Below are positions 50,380-59,085 of a DNA stretch of 64,000 nucleotides, in pieces. Origin of the DNA: Clostridiales bacterium (GTDB taxonomy: Bacteria; Bacillota; Clostridia; Peptostreptococcales; Anaerovoracaceae); assembly GCA_012744355.1 (NCBI GenBank), contig JAAYHV010000066.1, positions 383-64,382 on the forward strand, read 5' to 3'. The notes beneath the pieces were generated by a model. The model did no database searches. It saw nothing but the letters and a program-made list of their open reading frames with translations, and was not told the DNA's origin. The stretch's first letter is position 1. Each line of letters opens with the position of its first letter. Position numbers and translations under genes: made by a program.

Positions 50380-52101
50380 ATGAACAACAAACCTTTTGAA
50401 CAAGATCATGCAAATATGAGAATTATGCTAAAAAGGGTAGAGGAAACATACCCTGATAACATTGCTTTTGTTGTAAAGAGCAAAATTGGAAAAAAAGTAA
50501 GCTATAATAATATTACATATAGTGGGGTTCTTGAAGACACGAGAAAATTGGGGACTGAACTATTAGCAAGAGGCTTTGGCGATGCCAGATGTGCTATCAT
50601 GGGAGAGAACAGCTATGCTTGGATAATGTCTTTTTTTGCCGTTGTCAATGGAGTAGGTGTTTCAGTTCCTACCGATAAAGCCATGAAAGTTGAAGAGGTA
50701 GAAAATTGCTTAAATAGAAGTAAATCAACTGTACTTTTTTTCGATAACAAAACATTAAAAATTGCTCAATCGATTTATGAAAGAGAAAGCACAGAAGTAA
50801 AGATGTTTGTAGGTCTTGATTTTGAACCTGAATTCGGAGTATCTCTAGATGTTTTAGTAGAGGCAGGCAGATTAAAAGTAGAAGCAGGAGACGACGCTTA
50901 CGATAATAGAGATATAAATAATAATGAAATGTCGGTGATGGTATTTACTTCTGGAACTACTGCAAAATCAAAGGCTGTAATGTTGTCACATAGAAACATA
51001 ACTAGTAATATATATGGTATGGCAGGTTTTGAGAAAATGTATGAAGATGATATAAATATGGCGTTTTTACCTTTTCATCATGTTTTTGGACTTACGGGTC
51101 TTATGGTTATGCTCACGTATGGAGCAAAGAATGTTTTCTGTGACGGACTTAAATATTTCCAAGAAAATCTAAAGGAATATAAAGTTAGTGTTTTTATGAG
51201 TGTACCTCTTTTATTGGAAACTTTATACAAGAGATTAACAAGAGAAATTCAAAAACAAGGCAAACAAAAAACGGTAGATCGTGCACTAAAAATCTGTGAA
51301 TTGACAGAAAAATTTGGAATAAGTATTAGACGTAAGATGTTTAAGAGCATATTAGACCAGCTAGGCGGTAATATCAGATTCATCATAAGCGGAGCTGCGC
51401 CCTTTGATCCTGAAGTAGAACAGTCTCTTTCGGATTTTGGTATTTTAGTAGTAAACGGATATGGCCTTACTGAGATGGCTCCGGTAATAGCATCTGAGAG
51501 TCATCTTTACAGAAGACCAGGCACCGTAGGTATGGTGCTTCCTAATGTGAAAGCGAGAATATTAAATCCTGATGAAGAAGGCGTTGGCGAAGTTATTGCT
51601 TCAGGACCAAACGTTATGCTTGGATATTATGAAAATGAAGAAGAAACCAACAAGGTAATTATAGATGGATGGTATCACACTGGAGATTTAGGATATTTTG
51701 ATAAAGATGGTTACCTTTGGTTAAACGGAAGAAAGAAGAACGTAATAATTTTAAAAAGTGGTAAAAACGTTTTCCCAGAAGAACTAGAGCAGCTTTTAAA
51801 TAAACTAGATTATGCTGAGGAGAGTATGGTATTTCCCTTAAAGAAACACAACGAATTCGTAATTTGGGCTAAGATTGTTTATAGCGAAGACTATTTAAAA
51901 GAAAACAAGCTTGATTTGGAAAAATTCAAAGAAATGGTTGCTGAAGATATTGATAAAATTAACGAAAAACTACCATTTTATAAGCATATTAAAAAGCACT
52001 TTTTATCCACGAGACCCACAATAAAAACTACTACTGCAAAAACAAAGCGTGCTGAAGAAATTATAGCAATACGTGAGGAGCTTGAAAACATAGGAGGTTG
52101 A
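50380..52101 (+). CDS. AMP-dependent synthetase/ligase (long-chain acyl-CoA synthetase-like)
   Basis: 573 aa with the AMP-binding motif FTSGTTAKSKAV, plus GYGLTE and YHTGDLGYFDKDGYLWLNGRKKN. Confidence 0.88.
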   Translation: MNNKPFEQDHANMRIMLKRVEETYPDNIAFVVKSKIGKKVSYNNITYSGVLEDTRKLGTELLARGFGDARCAIMGENSYAWIMSFFAVVNGVGVSVPTDKAMKVEEVENCLNRSKSTVLFFDNKTLKIAQSIYERESTEVKMFVGLDFEPEFGVSLDVLVEAGRLKVEAGDDAYDNRDINNNEMSVMVFTSGTTAKSKAVMLSHRNITSNIYGMAGFEKMYEDDINMAFLPFHHVFGLTGLMVMLTYGAKNVFCDGLKYFQENLKEYKVSVFMSVPLLLETLYKRLTREIQKQGKQKTVDRALKICELTEKFGISIRRKMFKSILDQLGGNIRFIISGAAPFDPEVEQSLSDFGILVVNGYGLTEMAPVIASESHLYRRPGTVGMVLPNVKARILNPDEEGVGEVIASGPNVMLGYYENEEETNKVIIDGWYHTGDLGYFDKDGYLWLNGRKKNVIILKSGKNVFPEELEQLLNKLDYAEESMVFPLKKHNEFVIWAKIVYSEDYLKENKLDLEKFKEMVAEDIDKINEKLPFYKHIKKHFLSTRPTIKTTTAKTKRAEEIIAIREELENIGG

Positions 52102-52105
52102 GTAT

Positions 52106-53047
52106 TTGTCAACAGCAATAATATATCTTACATTTTTAATTGGAATAATTCTGGTTGTAAAAGGCGGAGATTACTTTGTTGAGGCGTCTACCTGCATAGC
52201 AAAGGTGCTTAGAATTCCTACCTTTATAATTGGAGCAACAATTGTAAGTATAGCGACAACCTTACCTGAAGTAATAGTGTCAGTTATGGCCGCAGCGCAG
52301 GGTAAGCCTGAAATGGCTATAGGTAATGCTGTAGGCTCAGTAATAGCTAATACAGGACTGATAATGGCCTTAGCGCTCATATTCATGGCAATAGAGGCTA
52401 AAAGAGTTCACTATATGAATAGAGGAATCTTACTGATAGCTTCAGCTGTCACACTTTATCTTGCCTGTGGCAACGGTGTATTATCAGGAGTTGGATCATT
52501 TGTGCTGATAGGTATATGCATATTTTATATAATTGATAATATAAAATCAGCTAAAAAACACAGAGAACCTGAAGATAATCAAGAAATTGATAAACGAAAT
52601 ATAAAGAAGCAGTGCCTTATGTTTATAGTTGGTGCAGCAGGCATTATAGTAGGATCAAGTTTTCTAGTTAGCAGCGGCAGTGAAATAGCAATTATGTTTA
52701 ACGTATCAGAAAGAGTTATTGCAGTTACGATGGTTGCTATTGGGACATCGCTACCTGAGCTTGTAACTACCCTGACGGCAATTGCAAAAAAAGAAGCTGG
52801 ACTTTCCATAGGGAACATTATAGGTGCAAACATAATTGATTTAACTATAATACTTCCGCTATGTTCACTTGTGTCTGGTGGGCCTTTACCCGTTGCAATT
52901 CAGACTATAAATATAGACTTGCCATTTGCTTTAGGGCTTACTCTAATGGCAATGATCCCACTCTTTGTAAAAGAAAAAGGATACACTTTACAAGGTATCC
53001 TGATGTTTATGGGGTATATATTCTATTTATTTGTTGCTGTAGCTTAG
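52106..53047 (+). CDS. sodium/calcium exchanger (CaCA, YrbG-like) membrane protein
   Basis: TTG start 7 nt after AGGAGG. 313 aa with two alpha-repeats (GATIVSIATTLPE and AIGTSLPELVTT). Confidence 0.85.
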   Translation: MSTAIIYLTFLIGIILVVKGGDYFVEASTCIAKVLRIPTFIIGATIVSIATTLPEVIVSVMAAAQGKPEMAIGNAVGSVIANTGLIMALALIFMAIEAKRVHYMNRGILLIASAVTLYLACGNGVLSGVGSFVLIGICIFYIIDNIKSAKKHREPEDNQEIDKRNIKKQCLMFIVGAAGIIVGSSFLVSSGSEIAIMFNVSERVIAVTMVAIGTSLPELVTTLTAIAKKEAGLSIGNIIGANIIDLTIILPLCSLVSGGPLPVAIQTINIDLPFALGLTLMAMIPLFVKEKGYTLQGILMFMGYIFYLFVAVA

Positions 53048-54028
53048 AATTATTATATCGATAAGATGCATGGAGAATATGTTTATTTCTCTGTGCTTTT
53101 TTATTTTATCTTCTTCTAAAATTAAATAACCGTTTATTAGCTCCAAATCCATAGAACTATCATTTAAAAAACTTGCATCTATGTAAATGCCGTTTGCTTC
53201 TTTAAAAGCTGGCACTTTAATCTGAAACTTCTTATTATTGATATCAAACACAGCCTCATAATTATTGTTAAAATCACCAAATGTATCAATAGAAAGTAGG
53301 CCTGATATTTGATTTCCAGATATTGTCAAATAACCATTGGATAACTTTAATGTTACAGAAAGACAAGTGTCTTGTGCTAGGTAAGGGAATCCATACTTAT
53401 ACATAGCCCCATGAAAATCCGTATATTTAATAATTTCTAAAAGCCTATATAGCTGTATGACATCTTCTCTGTTATGTGTTAGTATGGTTTTTTCTAAAGC
53501 GTCTTCTTTTGTTATTAAGTACTCTTTGAAGAGTTCCACGCTCTTTTTACCATCTATAGTGTCGAATCTGTCATCTGCTATCCCCAAATACTTTTCCATA
53601 CTTTTTTGACTTAAGCTGCTCATCTGATTAGATAGGTCAGAATGATTTCTAAATACGCGATATAAGTCAAGAATATAACAATCTATATACTTGCCAATTT
53701 GATACTTAGTTGCCTTAACAGCGAGAAAAGGCATATCAAATGAAGCTCCGTTATATGTAAGCAGGTAGTCTATCCCTTCTTCATTTATGTAATCTAAAGT
53801 AGCTTTTACAACTGCGGATTCTTCGTTTAGACTTGTTGCTAAAAACTGTGTTACGGTAGCTATATTATCATTAACTGTAAGTAATGCTGTTAATATTATT
53901 TTGTCATTTGTGAAGCTTAATCCAGTAGTTTCAATGTCAAAGACACCGCATTTTCGATTACCAAAGTATGTATCGAATATTTTGCTACTGTATATAGGCA
54001 TATTGTGTTTCGTGATAATTTTTTTCAT
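53027..54028 (-). CDS. YprB-like RNase H-fold (DEDD) exonuclease with an unassigned C-terminal domain
   Basis: ATG 54028 follows GAGGTG. Has exonuclease motifs FDIETTGL, YNGASFDMPFL and HNREDV; the C-terminal ~150 aa look beta-rich and are unassigned. The ORF-track start at 54052 would run into the upstream terminator. Confidence 0.8.
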   Translation of the reverse strand: MKKIITKHNMPIYSSKIFDTYFGNRKCGVFDIETTGLSFTNDKIILTALLTVNDNIATVTQFLATSLNEESAVVKATLDYINEEGIDYLLTYNGASFDMPFLAVKATKYQIGKYIDCYILDLYRVFRNHSDLSNQMSSLSQKSMEKYLGIADDRFDTIDGKKSVELFKEYLITKEDALEKTILTHNREDVIQLYRLLEIIKYTDFHGAMYKYGFPYLAQDTCLSVTLKLSNGYLTISGNQISGLLSIDTFGDFNNNYEAVFDINNKKFQIKVPAFKEANGIYIDASFLNDSSMDLELINGYLILEEDKIKKHREINIFSMHLIDIIILSYSNK

Positions 54029-54045
54029 AATGCACCTCGCCGTAT

Positions 54046-54080
54046 AAAGCAAAATAGACCGCAGGGGTGCGATCTATTTT
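54046..54080 (-). terminator. intrinsic terminator (minus strand) between ychF and the exonuclease gene
   Basis: Minus strand: AAAAUAGAUCGCA-CCCC-UGCGGUCUAUUUU followed by GCUUUAU. The U-G wobble pair forms only in the minus-strand RNA. Confidence 0.75.
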
Positions 54081-54134
54081 GTAAAAGGGTATTGGGACTA
54101 GAGATTAATGAGATTATCAGGGGGGATAACCTCT
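54046..54134 (-). ncRNA. candidate ~90-nt C-rich small RNA or cis-acting leader
   Basis: Bounded by the promoter at 54169-54141 and the terminator at 54080-54046. Contains a 9-bp hairpin with a CCCCCU loop, single-stranded UCCC and ACCC motifs, and a CCCC terminator loop. Confidence 0.35.
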
Positions 54135-54140
54135 GAATCA

Positions 54141-54169
54141 ATTATACCTAAGCACGTATTGAATTGCAA
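54141..54169 (-). promoter_or_regulatory. sigma-A type promoter inside the ychF-exonuclease spacer
   Basis: Minus strand: TTGCAA (54169-54164), 17-nt spacer, TATAAT (54146-54141). Confidence 0.5.
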
Positions 54170-54225
54170 GCGTAATTTACTTAAATGCATAAATACCGTT
54201 AAATTTGTAACTTTTGGAATGGTTT

Positions 54226-55317
54226 TTACACATTGAACAGGAAATGTATAACATCTCCATCTTGCACTACGTACTCCTTGCCTTCAGAACGAATATAACC
54301 TTTTTCTCTAGCTTTACCCAGATTTCCATCGCATTCAATAAGTTTATTATATTTTATGGTTTCTGCTCTAATGAAACCCTTTTCGAAATCAGTGTGAATT
54401 TTACCCGCAGCCTGTGGGGCTTTTGTGCCTCTCTTAACAGTCCAGGCTCTTACCTCAGGTTCTCCCGCAGTTAGATATGATATTAAATCTAGCAAAGTAT
54501 ATGATGCTTTGATTAGTTTATCAAGTCCTGACTCTTCTATTCCAAGCTCTTCTAAAAACAATTCTCTTTCCTCGTCTTCAAGTTCTGCCATTTGCGCTTC
54601 AATTTCCGCACAAACAACTACAACTTCAGCGTTTTCAGTTTTAGCGAATTCGCTTACTGCAAGGACATAAGGATTATCTTTATTTGAAACCTCATCTTCA
54701 GAAACGTTGGCTACATAGATTATAGGCTTTGATGAAAGAAGATTAAGTGACTCCACATAAGATTCAAACTCTTCATCAAGTTCCATTGCTCTAGCTGAGT
54801 TGCCGGCGCTAAGGAAATCAATTAGCTTTTCAATCATATCTAGCTCCCGTTTAATGCTTTTATCGCCCTTTAAGTTCTTTGTAAATCTTGACTTAATACG
54901 TTCTAGTATTTCTAAATCTGACAGAAGAAGTTCCGTATTAATGGCCTCTATGTCGTCAAGGGGATCTGTCTTTCCTTCAACGTGTATAATATTGTCATTG
55001 TCAAAACACCTAACCACATGAACAATGGCTGCAACTTCACGTATGTGACCTAAAAATTTGTTGCCTAAGCCTTCACCTTTAGATGCACCTTTTACAAGTC
55101 CTGCGATATCACAGAATTCTATAGATGTATACGTTGTTTTCTTTGAGTTATATATATCATGCAGCACACTGATTCTTTGATCAGGAACTGTAACGACACC
55201 GATATTAGGCTCTATTGTGCAGAATGGGTAGTTAGCAGCTTCTGCTCCCGCTTTTGTAATTGCGTTAAACAATGTACTTTTTCCTACATTCGGTAGGCCG
55301 ACAATTCCTAGTTTCAT
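54226..55317 (-). CDS. ychF: redox-regulated ribosome-binding ATPase YchF
   Basis: 363 aa with the LGIVGLPNVGKSTLFNA N-terminus and a C-terminal TGS/YchF domain (RAWTVKRGTKAPQAAGKIHTDFEKGFIRAE). Confidence 0.95.
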   Translation of the reverse strand: MKLGIVGLPNVGKSTLFNAITKAGAEAANYPFCTIEPNIGVVTVPDQRISVLHDIYNSKKTTYTSIEFCDIAGLVKGASKGEGLGNKFLGHIREVAAIVHVVRCFDNDNIIHVEGKTDPLDDIEAINTELLLSDLEILERIKSRFTKNLKGDKSIKRELDMIEKLIDFLSAGNSARAMELDEEFESYVESLNLLSSKPIIYVANVSEDEVSNKDNPYVLAVSEFAKTENAEVVVVCAEIEAQMAELEDEERELFLEELGIEESGLDKLIKASYTLLDLISYLTAGEPEVRAWTVKRGTKAPQAAGKIHTDFEKGFIRAETIKYNKLIECDGNLGKAREKGYIRSEGKEYVVQDGDVIHFLFNV

Positions 55318-56066
55318 ATATGTTTCTCCTCAACTGATCTTTTCTTTAATATTATATACATAGCAAGGCTGACTAATAAAATAACTATGCTTATCATTTG
55401 TGCTTGTCTAAACGAACCTATCATTAGACTATCGGTTCTTAGGCCTTCAACAAAGAATCTCTCAACAGAATAAAGAATTCCGTAAAGGCATGCAACTTGT
55501 CCTCTAAACTTTCTGTTATTATCTATATAAACTAGAAAGAAGAAAAGTCCTAAACACCAAATTGATTCATAAAGGAAGGTTGGATGAACGTATTCTCCGT
55601 TTATGAGTATGGCCCATGGCAAATCAGTAGGACCGCCGTGAGCTTCTGAATTAAAGAAGTTACCCCATCTTCCTATGGCCTGGGCTAATGAAACTGCAGG
55701 TAAGAACAAATCTAAAATTTCAAGAAAGTTAATCTTATAATGTTTACATAATAAGTATCCAGTGATAGCTCCGGCAATTATTCCTCCGTGAATGGCAAGG
55801 CCGCCGCCACGTATATTTAATATAGTCATAAAGTCCTGAGAATAATAGTCCCAATTGAAAATTACATAATATAGCCTTGCGCCTATTACTCCTATAGGGA
55901 GTATCCATATTACTAAATCTAAAATTCTTTCAGGTTCAATTCCATGTCTGTGTGCTCTTTGATATGAGAGTATAACTGCTAAAACAACACCGAGTCCGAT
56001 TAATAAACCGTACCACATAAAATCATATCCCATGATAGAAAAGGCTATAGGGCTAGGTGCTCTCAT
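55314..56066 (-). CDS. lgt: prolipoprotein diacylglyceryl transferase
   Basis: 250 aa membrane protein with WYGLLIGLG, GGLAIHGGIIAG and GRWGNFFNSEAHG motifs. Confidence 0.93.
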   Translation of the reverse strand: MRAPSPIAFSIMGYDFMWYGLLIGLGVVLAVILSYQRAHRHGIEPERILDLVIWILPIGVIGARLYYVIFNWDYYSQDFMTILNIRGGGLAIHGGIIAGAITGYLLCKHYKINFLEILDLFLPAVSLAQAIGRWGNFFNSEAHGGPTDLPWAILINGEYVHPTFLYESIWCLGLFFFLVYIDNNRKFRGQVACLYGILYSVERFFVEGLRTDSLMIGSFRQAQMISIVILLVSLAMYIILKKRSVEEKHI

Positions 56067-56152
56067 AATTCATGTCTCCCTTCGAATATACATACCAAAT
56101 TATTATAGCATAAAACATCGCTTTTATCCACAAAAAAACAAAGGAAAATGCC

Positions 56153-56181
56153 TTGAAAAAAGAACAAATGTTCGATATAAT
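56153..56181 (+). promoter_or_regulatory. sigma-A promoter of the Y-family polymerase gene
   Basis: TTGAAA (56153-56158), 17-nt spacer, TATAAT (56176-56181). Confidence 0.6.
56161..56174 (+). promoter_or_regulatory. LexA operator (Cheo/SOS box)
   Basis: AGAACAAATGTTCG fits the Firmicutes consensus CGAAC-N4-GTTCG. It lies in the spacer between -35 and -10. Confidence 0.75.
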
Positions 56182-56204
56182 ATGTAAAGAAAGGAGATGA
56201 TTTT

Positions 56205-57458
56205 GTGACAGTTTTACATATAGATGCTAATTCTGCATATTTAAGCTGGACGGCGGCGTGGCTTATTGAAAATGGAGAATCCATTGATTTACGAAGCGTT
56301 CCGTCTGCCATAGGTGGAAACCCTAAAAACAGGCATGGAATAATTTTGGCAAAATCTATTCCTGCAAAAAAATATGGAGTTAAAACGGGACAATCTATAA
56401 TGGAGGCACTTTCGCAATGTCCGAAACTTTTAATATATCCGCCTGATTATGACCTTTATATGGGATGCAGTGAAGCTATGTTATCTATAATATCTGAATA
56501 TTCATCTGTCGTTGAAAGATACAGTGTTGACGAGTGCTTTTTAGACTGCACGGGATCTGAAAGGATTTATGGTAATCCCTTAGATGTAGCAGATGAAATT
56601 AGAAACAGAATAAGAGAGGAACTCGGGTTTACAGTAAACGTGGGAATAGGTCCTAACAAGCTTCTTGCGAAAATGGCAGGTGAACTTGAAAAGCCCGACA
56701 AAACTCATAGTATATTTTATGATGAAGTAAAAGAAAAACTTTGGCCACTTCCTGTATCTGAACTTTTTATGGTTGGAAGAGCAACCACAAGAAAGCTAAA
56801 CAGAATAAATATAAAAACCATAGGTGATTTAGCTAATATGGACAAGGCCTATTTAAAGGCTATACTAAAAAGTCATGGAGCTTTAATATGGAATTATGCT
56901 AACGGCATAGATGATAGCAGATTTTTGAGGGGTGATGAGGTTATGCAAAAAGGTATAGGTAACAGCATGACTATAAAATATGATGTTTATGATAAGAAAG
57001 AAGCTTATGTATACATGCTGTCACTTTGCGAGAGAGTAGGGCTTAGGCTTAGAAAGCACGGGTTTAAAGCATCTCTTGTTAGGGTTAGAGTTAGGAGTAG
57101 CGATCTTAACGGATATACTCATCAACTTAAATTAAACTTTTATACGAATACTACATCGGAAATATATATGTATGCATGTAATCTATTTGACGAATGCTGG
57201 AGGGGAGAACACATAAGGCAGCTTGGAGTCTCTGTAGGAGGTTTCACCCGCGAAAATATATATCAGATGTCATTTTTTGATATGTCTTTAGGAGAAAGAA
57301 GGCAAAATGAAAAAATGGATTCGGCTGTAGATGCGATAAGAAATAGGTTTGGCGAGACGTCCATCTACAGAGGAACATTTGCCAACGGAATTATAAAACC
57401 CCTTGAAGGTGGAACCAATAATGGTAATTTCATATCAATGGGTGGACACGGAAAATAG
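56205..57458 (+). CDS. Y-family (translesion) DNA polymerase
   Basis: GTG start 8 nt after AAGGAG. 417 aa IMS-family protein with LHIDANSAY and SVDECFLD catalytic motifs and a little-finger domain at the C-terminus. Confidence 0.88.
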   Translation: MTVLHIDANSAYLSWTAAWLIENGESIDLRSVPSAIGGNPKNRHGIILAKSIPAKKYGVKTGQSIMEALSQCPKLLIYPPDYDLYMGCSEAMLSIISEYSSVVERYSVDECFLDCTGSERIYGNPLDVADEIRNRIREELGFTVNVGIGPNKLLAKMAGELEKPDKTHSIFYDEVKEKLWPLPVSELFMVGRATTRKLNRINIKTIGDLANMDKAYLKAILKSHGALIWNYANGIDDSRFLRGDEVMQKGIGNSMTIKYDVYDKKEAYVYMLSLCERVGLRLRKHGFKASLVRVRVRSSDLNGYTHQLKLNFYTNTTSEIYMYACNLFDECWRGEHIRQLGVSVGGFTRENIYQMSFFDMSLGERRQNEKMDSAVDAIRNRFGETSIYRGTFANGIIKPLEGGTNNGNFISMGGHGK

Positions 57459-57467
57459 AGGAAAAAA

Positions 57468-57734
57468 ATGAAAATAGTATCAAAACCCATAGATGTCATC
57501 GTTATATTTAAAATAAAAGAAAAACCTATTCCATATAAGTTTAAATATGTTGATTGTGGTTGCAGTGAAACACGAGAGATAAAAGTAGACAAGGTTATCA
57601 CAACGGCTAAGAGTAGGATTGCTGGAGTCGAAACGATAGTTTATAGATGCCAGTCTTTTATAGGCGGCCAAATAATAACATATGAGCTTAAATATATCAT
57701 TGATGAATACAGATGGGTGCTGTATAAACTGTAG
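57468..57734 (+). CDS. 88-aa protein of unknown function, co-transcribed with the Y-family polymerase
   Basis: ATG 9 nt after the polymerase stop, with an AGAGGA RBS. The sequence looks beta-rich and I recognise no motif. There is no promoter between the two genes. Confidence 0.6.
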   Translation: MKIVSKPIDVIVIFKIKEKPIPYKFKYVDCGCSETREIKVDKVITTAKSRIAGVETIVYRCQSFIGGQIITYELKYIIDEYRWVLYKL

Positions 57735-57736
57735 AA

Positions 57737-57765
57737 TTGAAAAAAACTACGAAATATGGTAAAAT
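57737..57765 (+). promoter_or_regulatory. sigma-A promoter with extended -10 for pgi
   Basis: TTGAAA (57737-57742), 17-nt spacer, TGgTAAAAT (57757-57765). Confidence 0.55.
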
Positions 57766-57800
57766 TAAGTGAGTTTCACGAAAGGAAAAGGCATATAACT

Positions 57801-59084
57801 ATGATAAATTTCGATTATTCAAAAGCTGAGGACTTTATAAAAAAGCAAGAATTGGATGCTGAATATATAAGTGCAAAAAAGGCAGCTGACGATCTTCAAA
57901 AAGGAACGGGAAAAGGATCTGATTTTATCGGTTGGAGAGATCTGCCAATTAACTATGATAAAAAAGAGGTTGAAAGAATAAAAAAAGAAGCTAAGAATAT
58001 TAGAGAAAAAAGCCAAGTCTTAGTGGTTGTTGGAATAGGGGGATCCTACTTAGGAACGCGAATGGTTATAGAAGCATTATCTGGATACTTTTGTAAAAAA
58101 GAATTAGAGGTTATATATGCAGGAAATAGTTTAAGTAGCGACTACTTGAATGATTTGCTAGATTATCTTAAAGGAAAAGAATTTTCTGTTAATATAATTT
58201 CAAAATCAGGAACAACTACAGAACCTGCCATTGCCTTTAGGCTCATTAAAAAACTTATGGAAGAAAAATATGGTAAAGACGAAGCTTCTAAGCGTATTTA
58301 TGTAACAACTGATAAAAATAAAGGAGCGCTGAGAGAGCTTGCAATTGAAAATGGCTATGAGACCTTTGTGGTTCCAGATGATGTAGGTGGTCGTTATTCA
58401 GTTTTAACAGCCGTTGGACTTTTTCCTATAGCCTGCGCAGGTTTCGACATTGAAAAACTTATGTCAGGTGCGGCCTTTGCAAGGAAAAATTATGATGAAG
58501 CTGTATTAAATTATGCAGCTGTCAGAAATGTTTTATATAAAAAAGGTAATGTAATTGAGCTCTTTGTGAATTACGAACCTAAACTTTCCATGCTGCTTGA
58601 GTGGTTAAAACAACTATTTGGTGAAAGCGAAGGCAAAGAAGGAAAAGGAATTTTTCCTGTAGGACTTACATATACTACAGATCTTCATTCTATGGGTCAA
58701 TATGTTCAAGAAGGAAGAAGAATGTTCTTTGAAACGGGAATATCGATTGAAAATTCAAACAGAAAACTAGAAATTCCAAAGCAAAAGGATGATTCAGATG
58801 GCCTTGATTATCTAGAAGGAAGAGACCTTCATGAAATAAATAAAATAGCAGCAAAGGCAACTGCCATCGCGCATATAGAGGGTATGGTTCCAAACTTAGA
58901 AATACAAATTGACCGTTTAGATGAAGAAAATCTGGGAGAACTGATATATTTCTTTGAAAAGACATGTGCGGTAAGTGGATATATTAACGATATAAATCCG
59001 TTTAATCAGCCAGGTGTTGAAAGCTATAAACGAAACATGTTTGAGCTTCTTGGAAAACCTGGTTTTGAAAAGGAAGGTAATTAA
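57801..59084 (+). CDS. pgi: glucose-6-phosphate isomerase
   Basis: ATG 57801. Firmicutes-type short PGI (VVGIGGSYLG ... ISKSGTTTEP ... GGRYSVL ... ESEGKEGKG). Confidence 0.93.
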   Translation: MINFDYSKAEDFIKKQELDAEYISAKKAADDLQKGTGKGSDFIGWRDLPINYDKKEVERIKKEAKNIREKSQVLVVVGIGGSYLGTRMVIEALSGYFCKKELEVIYAGNSLSSDYLNDLLDYLKGKEFSVNIISKSGTTTEPAIAFRLIKKLMEEKYGKDEASKRIYVTTDKNKGALRELAIENGYETFVVPDDVGGRYSVLTAVGLFPIACAGFDIEKLMSGAAFARKNYDEAVLNYAAVRNVLYKKGNVIELFVNYEPKLSMLLEWLKQLFGESEGKEGKGIFPVGLTYTTDLHSMGQYVQEGRRMFFETGISIENSNRKLEIPKQKDDSDGLDYLEGRDLHEINKIAAKATAIAHIEGMVPNLEIQIDRLDEENLGELIYFFEKTCAVSGYINDINPFNQPGVESYKRNMFELLGKPGFEKEGN

Positions 59085-59085
59085 A

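Noticed and set aside
54085-54134. The first hairpin of the C-rich leader as a preQ1-I or other known small riboswitch aptamer.
   Set aside because: It shares only a superficial AGAGGUU start with preQ1-I. The conserved loop and A-rich tail of that class are absent, and the downstream gene is unrelated to queuosine metabolism.
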